Shown in pieces: positions 1 to 10,167 of a DNA stretch of 64,000 nucleotides. The notes under the pieces were generated by a model, which had not been told where the DNA came from, did not search any database, and saw nothing but the letters and a program-made list of their open reading frames with translations. Both the position numbers and the translations under genes were made by a program. Origin of the DNA: an uncultured Verrucomicrobiae bacterium (GTDB lineage Bacteria; Verrucomicrobiota; Verrucomicrobiia; Chthoniobacterales; UBA10450); contig CAVWPA010000001.1 in the NCBI GenBank assembly GCA_963756875.1, forward strand, positions 96,001-160,000, written 5' to 3'. How positions within the stretch are numbered: position 1 is the stretch's first letter; each line of letters begins with the position of its first letter.

Positions 1-28
1 AAAAAGAAGCGCGGCCAAAAATTGTGAA

Positions 29-688
29 ATGCAAGCAACGAATCAACATGTCGTCATCGCCATCGACGGACCGGCTGCCTCCGGAAAAAGTAGTGTGGCG
101 CGCGAGCTGGCGGGACGGCTCGATTTTGTCTACGTGAATTCCGGCGCGATGTACCGCGCGCTTACGTGGCATCTTTTGCAACACGGAATCGACCCGCGCG
201 ACGGCGCCGCGGTGGATCGTCAGCTTGCCCGGGCCCGTATCACTTGCGACCTGCAAAACAACGAATCGCGAATCTTAATAGACGATGTCGATCCCGGCGA
301 TCATCTGCGTGACGACGACGTCAACGACAACGTCTCGTTAGTCAGCCGCTGGCCAAAAGTTCGCGAAATTCTGGTCGACAAAATGCGCAGCTACCGTCTC
401 GATCACGATCTGGTCATGGAAGGCCGCGACATCGGCTCGGTCGTCTTTCCCGATACGCCGTACAAGTTTTACATCGATGCTTCTCCCGAAGTGCGTTCGC
501 GCAGGCGCGCCGCCGAGGGATTGAAAGATGAAATCGCGACCCGCGACTACGCCGATTCTTCGAGGCACGCTTCGCCGCTCGTTATCGCGCGCGGTGCGGA
601 TGTGATCGACAGCTCCCATCTCACCATCGAGGGCGTCGTAAACGAAATCGTCGCGCGACTGAAAGTGAAGAAATTGAAGATCGGCTGA
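29..688 (+). CDS. cmk: Cytidylate kinase
   Basis: IAIDGPAASGKS P-loop, SGAMYRA, VMEGRDIGSVVFP and RD..DS.R..SPL motifs. Confidence 0.96.
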   Translation: MQATNQHVVIAIDGPAASGKSSVARELAGRLDFVYVNSGAMYRALTWHLLQHGIDPRDGAAVDRQLARARITCDLQNNESRILIDDVDPGDHLRDDDVNDNVSLVSRWPKVREILVDKMRSYRLDHDLVMEGRDIGSVVFPDTPYKFYIDASPEVRSRRRAAEGLKDEIATRDYADSSRHASPLVIARGADVIDSSHLTIEGVVNEIVARLKVKKLKIG

Positions 689-729
689 ATTGCGCGATCG
701 CCCGCCCTGACGCTTTAACGGTTCAACGA

Positions 730-1341
730 GTGAATTTCTACTACTGGCTTGGTTACAATCTTTCCCGGCTGATCGGGCGTTTGTGTTTCGGATTCCGAGT
801 CGTTCACCGCGAGCGCGTCATCCAGAACGGCCCCGTCATTCTGGCGATGAATCACCAGAGTTTCCTCGACCCGCCACTGGCCGGCACGGCCTGCAACCGC
901 GCAATCTATTTTCTGGCAAAAAAATCGCTGATGGACGTGCCGGTGCTGGGCTGGCTTTTGCCAAAGCTTAACGTCATTCCGGTCAATATCGAAGGTGCCG
1001 ATCGGACCGCGCTGAAGGCGGTGATTCGGGTCCTGCGCGCCGGAGATTGTGCGCTCCTGTTCCCGGAAGGGACGCGCACGCCCGACGGGAATCTGCAGCC
1101 GCCTTTGCCGGGCCTGGGCCTGATCATCGCGAAAACGCTGGCCCCGGTCGTTCCGATGCGAATCTTCGGAGCGTTCGATGCCTGGCCGATTCACGGAAAG
1201 ATTCACTTGTTTCGGCGAATCACTGTCGTCGTTGGCGAACCGCTTGTTTTTAGCGACGCCGAACTCGCTCCGCAGAGAGATCTTTACTCGGGTTTAAGCC
1301 AACGCGTTATGGACGCGATTTCAGCAATCCGCCTCGAATGA
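730..1341 (+). CDS. plsC: 1-acyl-sn-glycerol-3-phosphate (lysophospholipid) acyltransferase
   Basis: NHQSFLD (HX4D) and FPEGTR motifs; follows cmk. Confidence 0.88.
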   Translation: MNFYYWLGYNLSRLIGRLCFGFRVVHRERVIQNGPVILAMNHQSFLDPPLAGTACNRAIYFLAKKSLMDVPVLGWLLPKLNVIPVNIEGADRTALKAVIRVLRAGDCALLFPEGTRTPDGNLQPPLPGLGLIIAKTLAPVVPMRIFGAFDAWPIHGKIHLFRRITVVVGEPLVFSDAELAPQRDLYSGLSQRVMDAISAIRLE

Positions 1342-1405
1342 GCAGATCTGTTCGGGGATCCGATCTTGCCATTGCGCGGAGGAGATCGGTATCGATATTC
1401 ATGGC

Positions 1406-1606
1406 GTGAACCTGCCGGGAACATCGCCGGAAGAATCCGAACCAGCGCGCGTCTCGAAAAACGTTTTTCGCCTGATGGTCGCAATAGTCGTCGCGCTGGC
1501 GCTGGTCGCGCTTTACGCCAATGTGCAGCGCTGGCGCCACGCCAGGATCGAAACCGTGACATTCACCCCGGCAGCCGTAACCTCTCCTTCGCCTGCGCCC
1601 CCTTAA
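1406..1606 (+). CDS. Small single-pass membrane protein, hypothetical
   Basis: 66-aa ORF with one hydrophobic helix (LMVAIVVALALVALYA) and a Pro/Ser/Thr tail; co-oriented with neighbours. Confidence 0.55.
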   Translation: MNLPGTSPEESEPARVSKNVFRLMVAIVVALALVALYANVQRWRHARIETVTFTPAAVTSPSPAPP

Positions 1607-1640
1607 TTTTCGAATAATCAATGCGGACCGCGGTCTAATT

Positions 1641-2174
1641 GTGTCGATGAAATACATTTTTGGTTTGTCGATTTTTGCCCTGCTCGCGGCTTTGTCCGCG
1701 GGGGCGGCGCCAACACCTTCTTCAACGGCAACGGCGGCTTCTTCGCCAACCCCCGGCGTTTCTCCAGCTGCTGCTCCAAGTCCGGCGGCAACGATCGCGG
1801 CGCCGCGCGTTGGCGGGAAATTGCAATCGATGCGAAAACTGATGCGAGAAGAAGGTAAACAGGTGAAAGAACTTCCGACCTCTGCCGCGACAGAAGCTTC
1901 TCCTTCGGCTTCCGGATCGCCCGGCCCGATATTCCCGCATCCGCGACGGAAAATTAAGGCAGGGTCGCCGGCGCCGGGAACCGGTGCGGGCGCGGATAAA
2001 AAGCAAATGAGCAAACAGATGAAGTCGCAGGCGCACAAATTGCACCCGCGGCGGATCGTTCCGTTGGAGTCACCTGCTTCCGCGACTGCATCGCCTTCGC
2101 CTCAAAAGGGGAAACGCCAGAAAAAGAGCACCAAGGCGGGCGAGAGTCCGACTACTTCTTCGCCATTGCCTTGA
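1641..2174 (+). CDS. Secreted low-complexity Pro/Ala/Ser/Lys-rich protein
   Basis: Signal peptide MKYIFGLSIFALLAALSAGA followed by SPxP-rich, basic disordered sequence. Confidence 0.65.
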   Translation: MSMKYIFGLSIFALLAALSAGAAPTPSSTATAASSPTPGVSPAAAPSPAATIAAPRVGGKLQSMRKLMREEGKQVKELPTSAATEASPSASGSPGPIFPHPRRKIKAGSPAPGTGAGADKKQMSKQMKSQAHKLHPRRIVPLESPASATASPSPQKGKRQKKSTKAGESPTTSSPLP

Positions 2175-2323
2175 AGCCCGTTGAGGCGGGGATCTGATTC
2201 ATCGCTGCGTATTTTTATCGCGTCGCCAGTTGGCGGGCACGTTCCAGCGTATCGATCGAGGCAAAACGCGGCCGCGCAAAATTTCAGACCGCGGATTGCG
2301 CTGATAACTCACAGGTCGACCGG

Positions 2324-2362
2324 ATCATGATCAAGAGCAGGAGCATGATTAAGAGCAGGAGG
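2324..2362. repeat. Degenerate hexamer array (GATCAT/GAGCAG type)
   Basis: tcatgatcaagagcaggagcatgattaagagcaggagga; related arrays at 5701-5836 and 22655-22801. Confidence 0.55.
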
Positions 2363-2424
2363 AAGCGGTGGCGCCCGGTGGTGGCATTGACAGGGGAACC
2401 AATACCCAGTTTCATAACGTCCCG

Positions 2425-3021
2425 ATGAAGTTCTGTTTTCCCCTGTTCGTTTTGCTTGTCCTCGGTTGCGGCATGGTGCGGGCCGCGCCTCAGCCGAAAT
2501 TGCTGACGAAAGTGACGCCACTGCCGATGGCGCTCGATACGGACTTCGAATTCCGGAAGGTGAAACTGTACTTTCTGGGCGAAAAACCCGAAGCCCTGCC
2601 TACCAGCCAGAAGGGTTTGCGCAACGGCCAGAACGCACAGGGCCAGCCCGGAAGACTTGCCAAGTCGACGAAGACCGCGACCGGGCAGGACGCTTCGATT
2701 TTATTCGAGCGCCAATACCGCCTTTTTGGGGCTGTGACCAAGCTCGATCAACGCCAGCGCTTCGGAAACTATTTCGATTTCTATTGGCGCGCCAAACGTC
2801 CGGCTAACCTGAAAGTGCGGCTGGAATACCGGCAGGAAAAACTGCACGCCCACGTTCAGGCCCAGGAGGCTTCGTATCCCGACGCGCGCGAAAATTACAA
2901 AACGGAATTTAAAGTGGTGGGAGACGATTATCTCGATGACGGGCGCGTGATCGCGTGGCGCTGTGTGTTGATCGAAAACGGCAAAATCGTAGCGGAAAAA
3001 CGGTCCTACCTGTGGGAATGA
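2425..3021 (+). CDS. Secreted hypothetical protein
   Basis: Signal peptide from MKFCFPLFVLLVLG (ORF track starts at 2368); globular C-terminus ending SYLWE; no family recognised. Confidence 0.7.
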   Translation: MKFCFPLFVLLVLGCGMVRAAPQPKLLTKVTPLPMALDTDFEFRKVKLYFLGEKPEALPTSQKGLRNGQNAQGQPGRLAKSTKTATGQDASILFERQYRLFGAVTKLDQRQRFGNYFDFYWRAKRPANLKVRLEYRQEKLHAHVQAQEASYPDARENYKTEFKVVGDDYLDDGRVIAWRCVLIENGKIVAEKRSYLWE

Positions 3022-3089
3022 AGGCGCTCATTATGTGCGGCGCGGTTTGACAGGCGGGCTTTCGATCTTGTATCTTTGGTAACTCAACC

Positions 3090-3602
3090 GTGCAGTCATC
3101 TATTTTAGTAGGCGTGAACGGTCCGACCGTTTGGATAAAGGTTGAGGGCAAGGGCAGTTTCCTCAACAGCGGGAACTTGAAGGAGTTCGCACGCGAGATG
3201 GTGGATCGTGGGTATCGCGAGTTCGTCATTGACCTCGAGAACTGCGCCATGATGGATTCCACCTTCATGGGGACGATGGCCGGCGTTGCCCTCCGGCTTA
3301 AAGAGCTTGGGCAGGGACATCTTCATGTTATTCATTGCGGCGGACGCAGCCGCGAGCTGCTCTCAGGCCTCGGACTCGACCAGGTTTTCAGTATTCATGT
3401 TGACGGCGCAACCGGTCCGGAATGCAAATCATTCGAGCACGACGCAACCGCTCCGGCAGCCGCAAACAAGACAGAACAGGCGCAGACCATGCTGGAGGCG
3501 CATGAGGCACTTTGCGAAGCCGCGCCGGAGAATATTTTCCGATTCAAAGACGTCCTGGATTATCTAAAACAAGACCTCCATCACGAGACAGTCGAGAAGT
3601 AA
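3090..3602 (+). CDS. STAS-domain anti-sigma-factor antagonist
   Basis: VIDLENCAMMDSTFMG matches the STAS phosphoserine motif; LLSGLGLDQVF; precedes a PP2C phosphatase. Confidence 0.85.
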   Translation: MQSSILVGVNGPTVWIKVEGKGSFLNSGNLKEFAREMVDRGYREFVIDLENCAMMDSTFMGTMAGVALRLKELGQGHLHVIHCGGRSRELLSGLGLDQVFSIHVDGATGPECKSFEHDATAPAAANKTEQAQTMLEAHEALCEAAPENIFRFKDVLDYLKQDLHHETVEK

Positions 3603-3617
3603 ACTGGCCGATTCATC

Positions 3618-5054
3618 ATGTGGCCTATCGTTCTCTCCGGGCTGCTTGTGGCGTCTCTCGCGGGCTGGATTTATACGGCCTACTGCATGGCTCGCCGCGT
3701 TCGCGCCATCGAACGTTCGAAGGAGGAAATCCAGGTCGAGGAAACGCTCGTTTTCGATTTTTTGCACGGACTGGGCGAAGCGTTCACCGAAACGATTCGG
3801 CCTAACGAGTTACACCGGCTCATCGTCGAGGGGGCGGCGCGTATTCTCGACGCGCATGGCGGCGCGCTTTATCTGGCCGATCGCACCGGCGCGAATCTCG
3901 TGCCGGCCTATCTTTCCAAGAGCTGTCCGCCGCTGGTCGATGTTCCGTTGCACATTTTGCAGCAGGCCGCTTCCACTCCGGTCGCGCTCGAAAGCTATCT
4001 TCACCTGCACAACGTCGTCGCAGGTGAGGGGGCCCTCGGCCGGGTCTGGCAAAACGGTCAGCCGCTTTGTTTGACTGACCTTTCGGAAGCGCCCGAGCTG
4101 GCGAAACTGCGCGATACCGCGCATCGTACCGTTTCGGCCATGATCTCCCAGTTGCTGTACGGAAAACAAAACATGGGCGTCCTCGCGGTCGTTAACGGCG
4201 CCACTGGCACCGCATTCTCCCAGGGCGATTTTGTGGTCTTCAAATCGATCGCCGAGCAATCGGCCTTCGCTCTTTACAACGCCATCATTTATTCCGAGGC
4301 CAACGAGAAAAAACGGCTCGATCACGATCTGGAAATCGCGCGCGATATTCAGCGCGTTCTGCTTCCCGCCGAGGCCCCCAGCGTGAATGGTTTTGAAATC
4401 AGCGGAATTAATTTGTCCGCGCGCCAGGTGGGCGGCGATTATTTCGATTACATCAAAGTGGACGACGAGCGGCTGGGCGTGGCCATCGCCGATGTTTCTG
4501 GCAAAGGCGTGCCGGCCTCGCTGGTGATGGCGATTTGTCGCAGCGTCCTGCGCGCAGAGGCCGCGCACAATCCTTCGCCCGCGAATGTTCTGCAGAAGGT
4601 CAATCGCCAGCTTTATCCCGATATCAAGGAAGACATGTTTATCAGCATGGCTTATCTCGTTCTCGACCACGCCCACGGCGGGGTCACTCTCGCCCGCGCC
4701 GGTCATGACGCGCCGTTTCTTTATAAACACTCGACGCAAACCGTCACGCCGCTCAAACCGCCCGGCATGGTCGTGGGCATTGACAGTGGCAGCGTCTTCG
4801 ACAGGTTAACTGTGGATTTCGCCGTTCCTCTCGAGCGCGACGATTGTCTCCTTCTTTACACCGATGGGATAACCGAAGCACTCAACAGTAATGGCGACGA
4901 ATTTGGCGTTGAGCGGACAACGCAGGCAATTCGCGCCAGCGCGATGAACGGGGCCCAGGCCGTGGTCAAGCGCTTGATTGACGATTTGCGCAACTTCGTC
5001 GGTTCGCATCCGCAAAATGACGACATCACCCTGATCGCCATTCGCAAGACATGA
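3618..5054 (+). CDS. GAF + SpoIIE/PP2C serine phosphatase (RsbU-like) with N-terminal TM helix
   Basis: IARDIQRVLLP, VGGDYFD, IADVSGKG, AGH, YTDGITE and DDITL motifs. Confidence 0.92.
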   Translation: MWPIVLSGLLVASLAGWIYTAYCMARRVRAIERSKEEIQVEETLVFDFLHGLGEAFTETIRPNELHRLIVEGAARILDAHGGALYLADRTGANLVPAYLSKSCPPLVDVPLHILQQAASTPVALESYLHLHNVVAGEGALGRVWQNGQPLCLTDLSEAPELAKLRDTAHRTVSAMISQLLYGKQNMGVLAVVNGATGTAFSQGDFVVFKSIAEQSAFALYNAIIYSEANEKKRLDHDLEIARDIQRVLLPAEAPSVNGFEISGINLSARQVGGDYFDYIKVDDERLGVAIADVSGKGVPASLVMAICRSVLRAEAAHNPSPANVLQKVNRQLYPDIKEDMFISMAYLVLDHAHGGVTLARAGHDAPFLYKHSTQTVTPLKPPGMVVGIDSGSVFDRLTVDFAVPLERDDCLLLYTDGITEALNSNGDEFGVERTTQAIRASAMNGAQAVVKRLIDDLRNFVGSHPQNDDITLIAIRKT

Positions 5055-5647
5055 AGAAAATTCCAATCAGAGAATCCGAAGAGACAAACGAGTCTGACGA
5101 CGCGAACAAAAAACCGACTCCGGCGTCCGCCGCAGACGGGAGGGCGTCGGACCCTTCGCAAGTGGTTCGCGGCGATGGCGACGGCGACGATCCAATGGCG
5201 GGAGTGCAGGCCGACCTCGATCGCTTTCGCGATCTGGCCATGCGCACCCAGGCCGACTTTCAGAATTACAAGAAACGCTGCGCGCGCGAAAAGGAGGAAG
5301 CGATCAAGTACGCCAACACTTCCCTGCTCGAACGGCTCGTCGCGATTGTCGATAATTTCGAGCTCGGCCTGGAGGCCGCCCGAAGCGAAGGCGAGAAGTC
5401 GCCCATCTTTTCCGGAATGAGCCTGGTGTTCAAACAACTCCAGGACTTTCTGGCCGATAACGGGTTGCAGCCGATCGAGGCGGTCGGCCAAAAATTCGAC
5501 CCGAATCTGCACGAAGCCATCGGCCACGAACCAAGCGACCAGGTTCGGGAGGGAAGCGTGATCCGCCAGAACCGCCGTGGCTATCGTCTCAAAGACCGCT
5601 TGTTGCGGGCGGCAAGCGTCGTGGTTTCATCCGGCCCGGCTAAATAG
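5051..5647 (+). CDS. grpE: Nucleotide exchange factor GrpE
   Basis: ADFQNYKKR, FDPNLHEAI and GYRLKDRLLRAASVVV; ATGA overlap with the upstream gene. Confidence 0.96.
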   Translation: MKKIPIRESEETNESDDANKKPTPASAADGRASDPSQVVRGDGDGDDPMAGVQADLDRFRDLAMRTQADFQNYKKRCAREKEEAIKYANTSLLERLVAIVDNFELGLEAARSEGEKSPIFSGMSLVFKQLQDFLADNGLQPIEAVGQKFDPNLHEAIGHEPSDQVREGSVIRQNRRGYRLKDRLLRAASVVVSSGPAK

Positions 5648-5700
5648 CTGCTACTTTGTTGTTCCGATCGCGGTTAAGGGACCTCCACTGTTAGAGTGTC

Positions 5701-5836
5701 GATCATGATCACGATCAAGAGATTCCGGGGAGCGCACGCGCCTCGCGTGCTGGTCTCGGCGCCTCGCCGAGACGAACTTTGCTTCGATCACGAGCACGAG
5801 CACGAGCACGAGCATGAGTAAGAGCAAGAGGAAGAG
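5701..5836. repeat. Composite repeat: hexamer array (CACGAG)n around a GGGAGCGCACGCGCC palindromic element (5723-5780)
   Basis: cacgagcacgagcacgagcacgagcatgag; the palindromic element recurs at 40629-40752 and 59565-59624. Confidence 0.75.
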
Positions 5837-5845
5837 CTGAGCGAG

Positions 5846-6997
5846 ATGGCGACGAAGAAAAGAGATTATTACGATATTCTCGGGGTTGAGAAACAGGCTT
5901 CCGAAGAGGAGATCAAACGCTCCTATCGCAAGTTGGCGGTGAAGTTTCATCCCGACAAAAACCCGGACGACCCGCACGCGGAAGAGAAATTCAAGGAACT
6001 GGGCGAAGCGTACGACGTCCTGATGGATGGAGACAAACGCGCCGCGTACGATCGGTTCGGCCACGCCGCGTTTGCGCAGGGGGGTGCCGGTTTCGGCGGC
6101 GGTTTTCACGATCCGTTCGATATTTTCCGGGAAGTTTTCAGCGGTGGCGGCGGTGGTGGTATTGGCGGCGGAATTTTCGAGACATTCTTCGGCGGAGGGG
6201 GCGGCATGCGCGGCGAGGACCGGCAGCGCGGCTCGGATCTTCGTTACGACATGCAAATCACGCTCGAGGAAGCGGCTTTCGGCGTGGACAAGGAAATCGA
6301 GGTGCGCAAGCTCGATGCCTGCGACAAGTGCCACGGCTCGGGCGCGGAACCCGGGTCGCGCTCCATCAAGTGTCCCACCTGCGGCGGCCGCGGCCAGGTG
6401 GTTACTTCGCGCGGATTTTTTCACGTTTCGCAAACGTGTCCCCGTTGCCACGGCGTCGGTCACGTGGTGGAAAAACCATGTCGCGCATGCGGCGGCGAAG
6501 GCCGTGTGGAGAAAACGAGCCGCATTAAATTGAAAATTCCTGCCGGAATCGCCGATGGCTCGCGTCTGCGTTCAGCCCGCAACGGAGAAGCTGGCATTCG
6601 CGGCGGTCCACAGGGCGATCTCTACGTCGTTGTCCACTTGAAGGAGCACGAAATTTTCCAGCGTGAAGAGGACAACCTTTATTGTGAAGTGCCGATTCCG
6701 TTCCCGCTCGCGGCCCTCGGCGGCGAAGTGGAAGTGCCGACCTTGGAAGGAAAAGCGCACGTGAAAGTGCCGGCCGGCACCCAGAGCGGCCAGGTGTTTA
6801 AATTGCGCGGAAAGGGAATCGTCCATGTGAACAGCCGCGAGCGTGGCGACCTGTTGGCGCGCCTGATGGTGGAAGTGCCGACGCGACTGAACGCCGGGCA
6901 ACGCCAAAAGCTGGAGGAATTCGCCAGCTCGTGCGGGGAAGAAAACACCCCGATCCGCAAAACATTTTTCGAGCGCGCAAAAGAATTCTTCAAGTGA
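5846..6997 (+). CDS. dnaJ: Chaperone DnaJ
   Basis: J domain with HPD, G/F-rich region and four CxxCxGxG repeats. Confidence 0.98.
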   Translation: MATKKRDYYDILGVEKQASEEEIKRSYRKLAVKFHPDKNPDDPHAEEKFKELGEAYDVLMDGDKRAAYDRFGHAAFAQGGAGFGGGFHDPFDIFREVFSGGGGGGIGGGIFETFFGGGGGMRGEDRQRGSDLRYDMQITLEEAAFGVDKEIEVRKLDACDKCHGSGAEPGSRSIKCPTCGGRGQVVTSRGFFHVSQTCPRCHGVGHVVEKPCRACGGEGRVEKTSRIKLKIPAGIADGSRLRSARNGEAGIRGGPQGDLYVVVHLKEHEIFQREEDNLYCEVPIPFPLAALGGEVEVPTLEGKAHVKVPAGTQSGQVFKLRGKGIVHVNSRERGDLLARLMVEVPTRLNAGQRQKLEEFASSCGEENTPIRKTFFERAKEFFK

Positions 6998-7016
6998 TCC
7001 GCGACCGCGGTCGCGG

Positions 7017-7197
7017 AAGTTCCAAATTCCAAGCACCAACCTCCAAAGAAACAACAAGCACCAAATTTCAAAAGAGGTGATTCGTAGTTGAAGTTTGGGA
7101 TTTGGAGCTTCACTGGGGTTTGGTGCTTGGAACTTGGTGCTTCCGCCGCAGGCGGTTCGTATTTCTTTGGTGCTTGGATGTTGGAGCTTGGAGCTTC
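7017..7197. repeat. Inverted heptamer array (AAGCACC/AAATCCC/AAGCTCC family)
   Basis: Left arm caaattccaagcaccaacctccaa, right arms ttgggatttggagctt and ttggtgcttggaacttggtgctt. Confidence 0.8.
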
Positions 7198-7207
7198 TTA
7201 ATTAAGC

Positions 7208-8068
7208 GTGCACCGATTTTACATTTCGCCTGACGAATGGAATCCCGACGCGCTCGTTCTGAGCGGCCCGGAAGCGCACCATGCCCGGGACGTGTTGCGG
7301 ATGAAGCCGGGTGAAAAAGCGGTGCTTTTTAACGGGCGCGGCCACGAAGTCACCGCCGAGTTGCTCGGTTCCGATAACCGGATCCAACGTCACGTTGGCG
7401 AAATCCGGTTTCGCAAACTGCACGAAGCCAGAACGCCGCCGTTGCGTTGCCGCATCACGCTGGGCCAGGCCATTCCCAAAGGAAAAAACATGGACCTGAT
7501 CGTGCAAAAAGCCGTCGAGATCGGCGCGGCCGAGATCGCGCCGCTGATTTCCGAGCGCACGATCGTGGATCTCGATCCGAAGGAAGCCGCTCAAAAGCAA
7601 CTGAAATGGCAACAGGTGGCGATCGAGGCGGCCAAGCAATGCGGGCAAAACTGGCTGCCGCAGGTACAGCGCCCGAAAAAGCTGAAAGATTTCTTCGCCC
7701 AATTCCCTGTAGAGGCAGGCGTGTCGCCTGCGCGTCCTGCAATTTCGCAGCCGACACGGCTGCCGCCACAGAAGAGCGATCCAAATTTCGAGCTTCGCCT
7801 GATCGGCTCGCTCCAATCCGACGCGAAACATCTGAAGAAAGTCCTGGCTGATTATTCAGCTGAAACTGCCAGTCCGGTCGAAGACTCGCCGTGGAGAGCT
7901 CGGACCGTGCTTATGCTGATCGGCCCGGAAGGCGATTTCACGCCGGCCGAGCTAGCCCTGGCCAAAACCAACGGCTGCCGTCCCATCACGCTCGGCCCCA
8001 TCATCCTCCGTGTCGAGACTGCGGCGATCTACTGCCTCAGCGTTTTATCTTATGAATTGCTCGGCTAA
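7208..8068 (+). CDS. rsmE: 16S rRNA m3U1498 methyltransferase RsmE, with an in-frame palindrome insertion
   Basis: HARDVLRM, QKAVEIG, EAAKQCG, IGPEGDFT and LGPIILRVETAA motifs. Confidence 0.96.
   Translation: MHRFYISPDEWNPDALVLSGPEAHHARDVLRMKPGEKAVLFNGRGHEVTAELLGSDNRIQRHVGEIRFRKLHEARTPPLRCRITLGQAIPKGKNMDLIVQKAVEIGAAEIAPLISERTIVDLDPKEAAQKQLKWQQVAIEAAKQCGQNWLPQVQRPKKLKDFFAQFPVEAGVSPARPAISQPTRLPPQKSDPNFELRLIGSLQSDAKHLKKVLADYSAETASPVEDSPWRARTVLMLIGPEGDFTPAELALAKTNGCRPITLGPIILRVETAAIYCLSVLSYELLG
7707..7771. repeat. GTAG-type REP doublet inside rsmE
   Basis: ctGTAGaggcaggcgtgtcgcctgc...gcagccgacacggctgccgccacag; free-standing intergenic copy at 9979-10043. Confidence 0.85.
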
Positions 8069-8492
8069 GGGGCGTGGAATGGAGCCGCTGGGGAAGCGGC
8101 GACATAGATTGCAAGACCCGAGGGGCGAGGGTGAGCGAGCGGGAGGCGAGCGAATCAAACTCGCCGCGATTCTGGATTCGGCGTTGAGCGTTGGGCGTTG
8201 GACGTTGGACGTTGTTTGCCCATTGTCCAAAAAAGTGGGAGGGCCTGAAGCCCCGACTTTCCCTGGTAGGGGACGCGGCTCGCTTCCGCGGCTCGCTTGC
8301 GAAGGCGGGGCGTCAGACTTGCTCGGGCTGTCGAGCCGGGCAGAATTCCGTAGGAATCCCGTCACGGCTGAATGTCAAAGAAAGCCGGGCAAAATACTGC
8401 AGAAAAGGATTGACTTTTTCCGCGGAACTCCTCAACCTCGGAATCTTCACGGGTAAGGGAAAACAACGGAAAACAGTAATAATTGTAAGCTT

Positions 8493-9881
8493 ATGAAATC
8501 TCTGGGAACTCTCATTAAAGGAACTCTCTGGTGCAGCTTGTTAGGCATTTCGCTCATCGCGATCGAAAACGCTCAGGGCGCGGCGCAAACTTGGGGCAAT
8601 ACAGGCACTGACTTCAATGCCTCAGCAAGCTGGAATGCGGGTGCCGGCCCCGCGCCCGATTCCAACGGCGTCGGTCTTTTTACTACCGCGCCGACGATGC
8701 AGCCAAACGTAACCGCGGACCTTACGATCGCGGGACTTCGTTTTTCTGACGGCAGTTCTGGATACGATTTCACAAACTCCGGTGGCGCTGTGCTCACCCT
8801 TAACGGGGTTGATACGACCGGCTCCGGTGGCACTACGACCGCGAGTGCGACTGCTTTCCGCAACGACAATACGAGCGGCACCACTACAGTTGACGCTCCT
8901 TTGAACCTCGCGCCGTCCACAGGTATTTCCACAATCTATCAGGCCTCAGGAGATGGCAGTACATTGATCTTGAATGGCGACATTGGGCAGACCGGCACGG
9001 TGCATTTGAGCCTGAAGAACGGCACGATTCAACTTAACGGCAACAATTCCTTCACTAATGCAAGCATCGATGCGGCTGGCACGACCGTAGTTGTCGGTAA
9101 CAACAACGGTTTGGGTGCAGGTACCTTTACTATTAACAGCACTTCGGCACTCCAGGCGGGCGGTGGAGCGCGCACGCTTCCCAACAGCGTGGTGGTCGGT
9201 GGCACCACCACGATTAGTGGAAGTAATGCCATTACCTTTAACGGTAGTGTTACGAGTTCAGGTTCCAGTAGCCGCACACTGACAGTTAGCAATACCGGTG
9301 GCGTTACATTCGGCGGCACGGTGAATCTTGAAGAATCAGGCGCGCCCGCGGGGCGGGCGTTCACAATTAATGGAACTTCGGCCGTCAACATGAACGGTAC
9401 GGTGCAGGATGGCAGCGCTCAACCAGCCCTGCTGAAATACACCGGCTCAAATACTCTTACGCTCAATAATGCCAACACCTATTCCGGCGGCACCCAGGAG
9501 ACGATCGCCGGTAGCACGATTGTCGCGGCTCACGACGGCGCGCTCGGGACAGGCAACATCAGCCTCACAACTACAGGGGTGACATTGACCCTGCAGGGCG
9601 GTTCGCTCAACGATTACATCAACAACAACGCCATTTTGAGCTTCGTCACCGGGGATACCGTGAATCTTAACTTTAGCGGTGTGGACGTGATTGGTGGTCT
9701 GACCGTGGACGGTGTTATGCAGGGCCCCGGCCTTTACGGTGCGGGTGGCACCAACCCGGACAGCGCGTTTACCGGGAATGGCTTCCTGCAGATTGTTCCC
9801 GAGCCGGGCACATGGCTGCTGCTTTGCCTGGGTGCCGGGTTGCTCGGTGGCGTGCAGAGACTTCGCCGCAAACACGTCTAA
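8493..9881 (+). CDS. PEP-CTERM surface protein with autotransporter-associated beta-strand repeats
   Basis: Signal peptide; Gly/Thr/Asn-rich repeats (LKYTGSNTLTLNNANTYSGGT); C-terminal VPEP, TM helix and basic tail RLRRKHV. Confidence 0.92.
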   Translation: MKSLGTLIKGTLWCSLLGISLIAIENAQGAAQTWGNTGTDFNASASWNAGAGPAPDSNGVGLFTTAPTMQPNVTADLTIAGLRFSDGSSGYDFTNSGGAVLTLNGVDTTGSGGTTTASATAFRNDNTSGTTTVDAPLNLAPSTGISTIYQASGDGSTLILNGDIGQTGTVHLSLKNGTIQLNGNNSFTNASIDAAGTTVVVGNNNGLGAGTFTINSTSALQAGGGARTLPNSVVVGGTTTISGSNAITFNGSVTSSGSSSRTLTVSNTGGVTFGGTVNLEESGAPAGRAFTINGTSAVNMNGTVQDGSAQPALLKYTGSNTLTLNNANTYSGGTQETIAGSTIVAAHDGALGTGNISLTTTGVTLTLQGGSLNDYINNNAILSFVTGDTVNLNFSGVDVIGGLTVDGVMQGPGLYGAGGTNPDSAFTGNGFLQIVPEPGTWLLLCLGAGLLGGVQRLRRKHV

Positions 9882-9913
9882 GGAATTACCTAAAACTTTC
9901 TCCTTAAGGTCTC

Positions 9914-9952
9914 CCCCGCTACTTGGCAGCAAGTAGCGGGGTTCTTGTTTTC
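9914..9952 (+). terminator. Rho-independent terminator after the PEP-CTERM gene
   Basis: 12-bp perfect stem ccccgctacttg-gcag-caagtagcgggg followed by ttcttgtttt. Confidence 0.8.
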
Positions 9953-9978
9953 CGTCTTCCTCCTTTCTGCCGCTGCCC

Positions 9979-10043
9979 CTGTAGAGGCAGCCGTGTCGGC
10001 TGCAAATCTATGTGAACCGCAGGCGGCACGCCTGCCTCTACAG
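9979..10043. repeat. GTAG-type REP doublet (intergenic copy)
   Basis: ctGTAGaggcagccgtgtcggctgc...gcaggcggcacgcctgcctCTACag, with inverted ends. Confidence 0.85.
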
Positions 10044-10167
10044 TTTATGGAACAATTCGTCGGACAGATCGGAGAACACTTACCTGATGGAGCTGTGCAA
10101 TTCGCGCCTCGCCCAACTCTCAACGAAAGGGCCGCTTGCCGGCCCGTTCTCTCAACTCTCAACTTCC

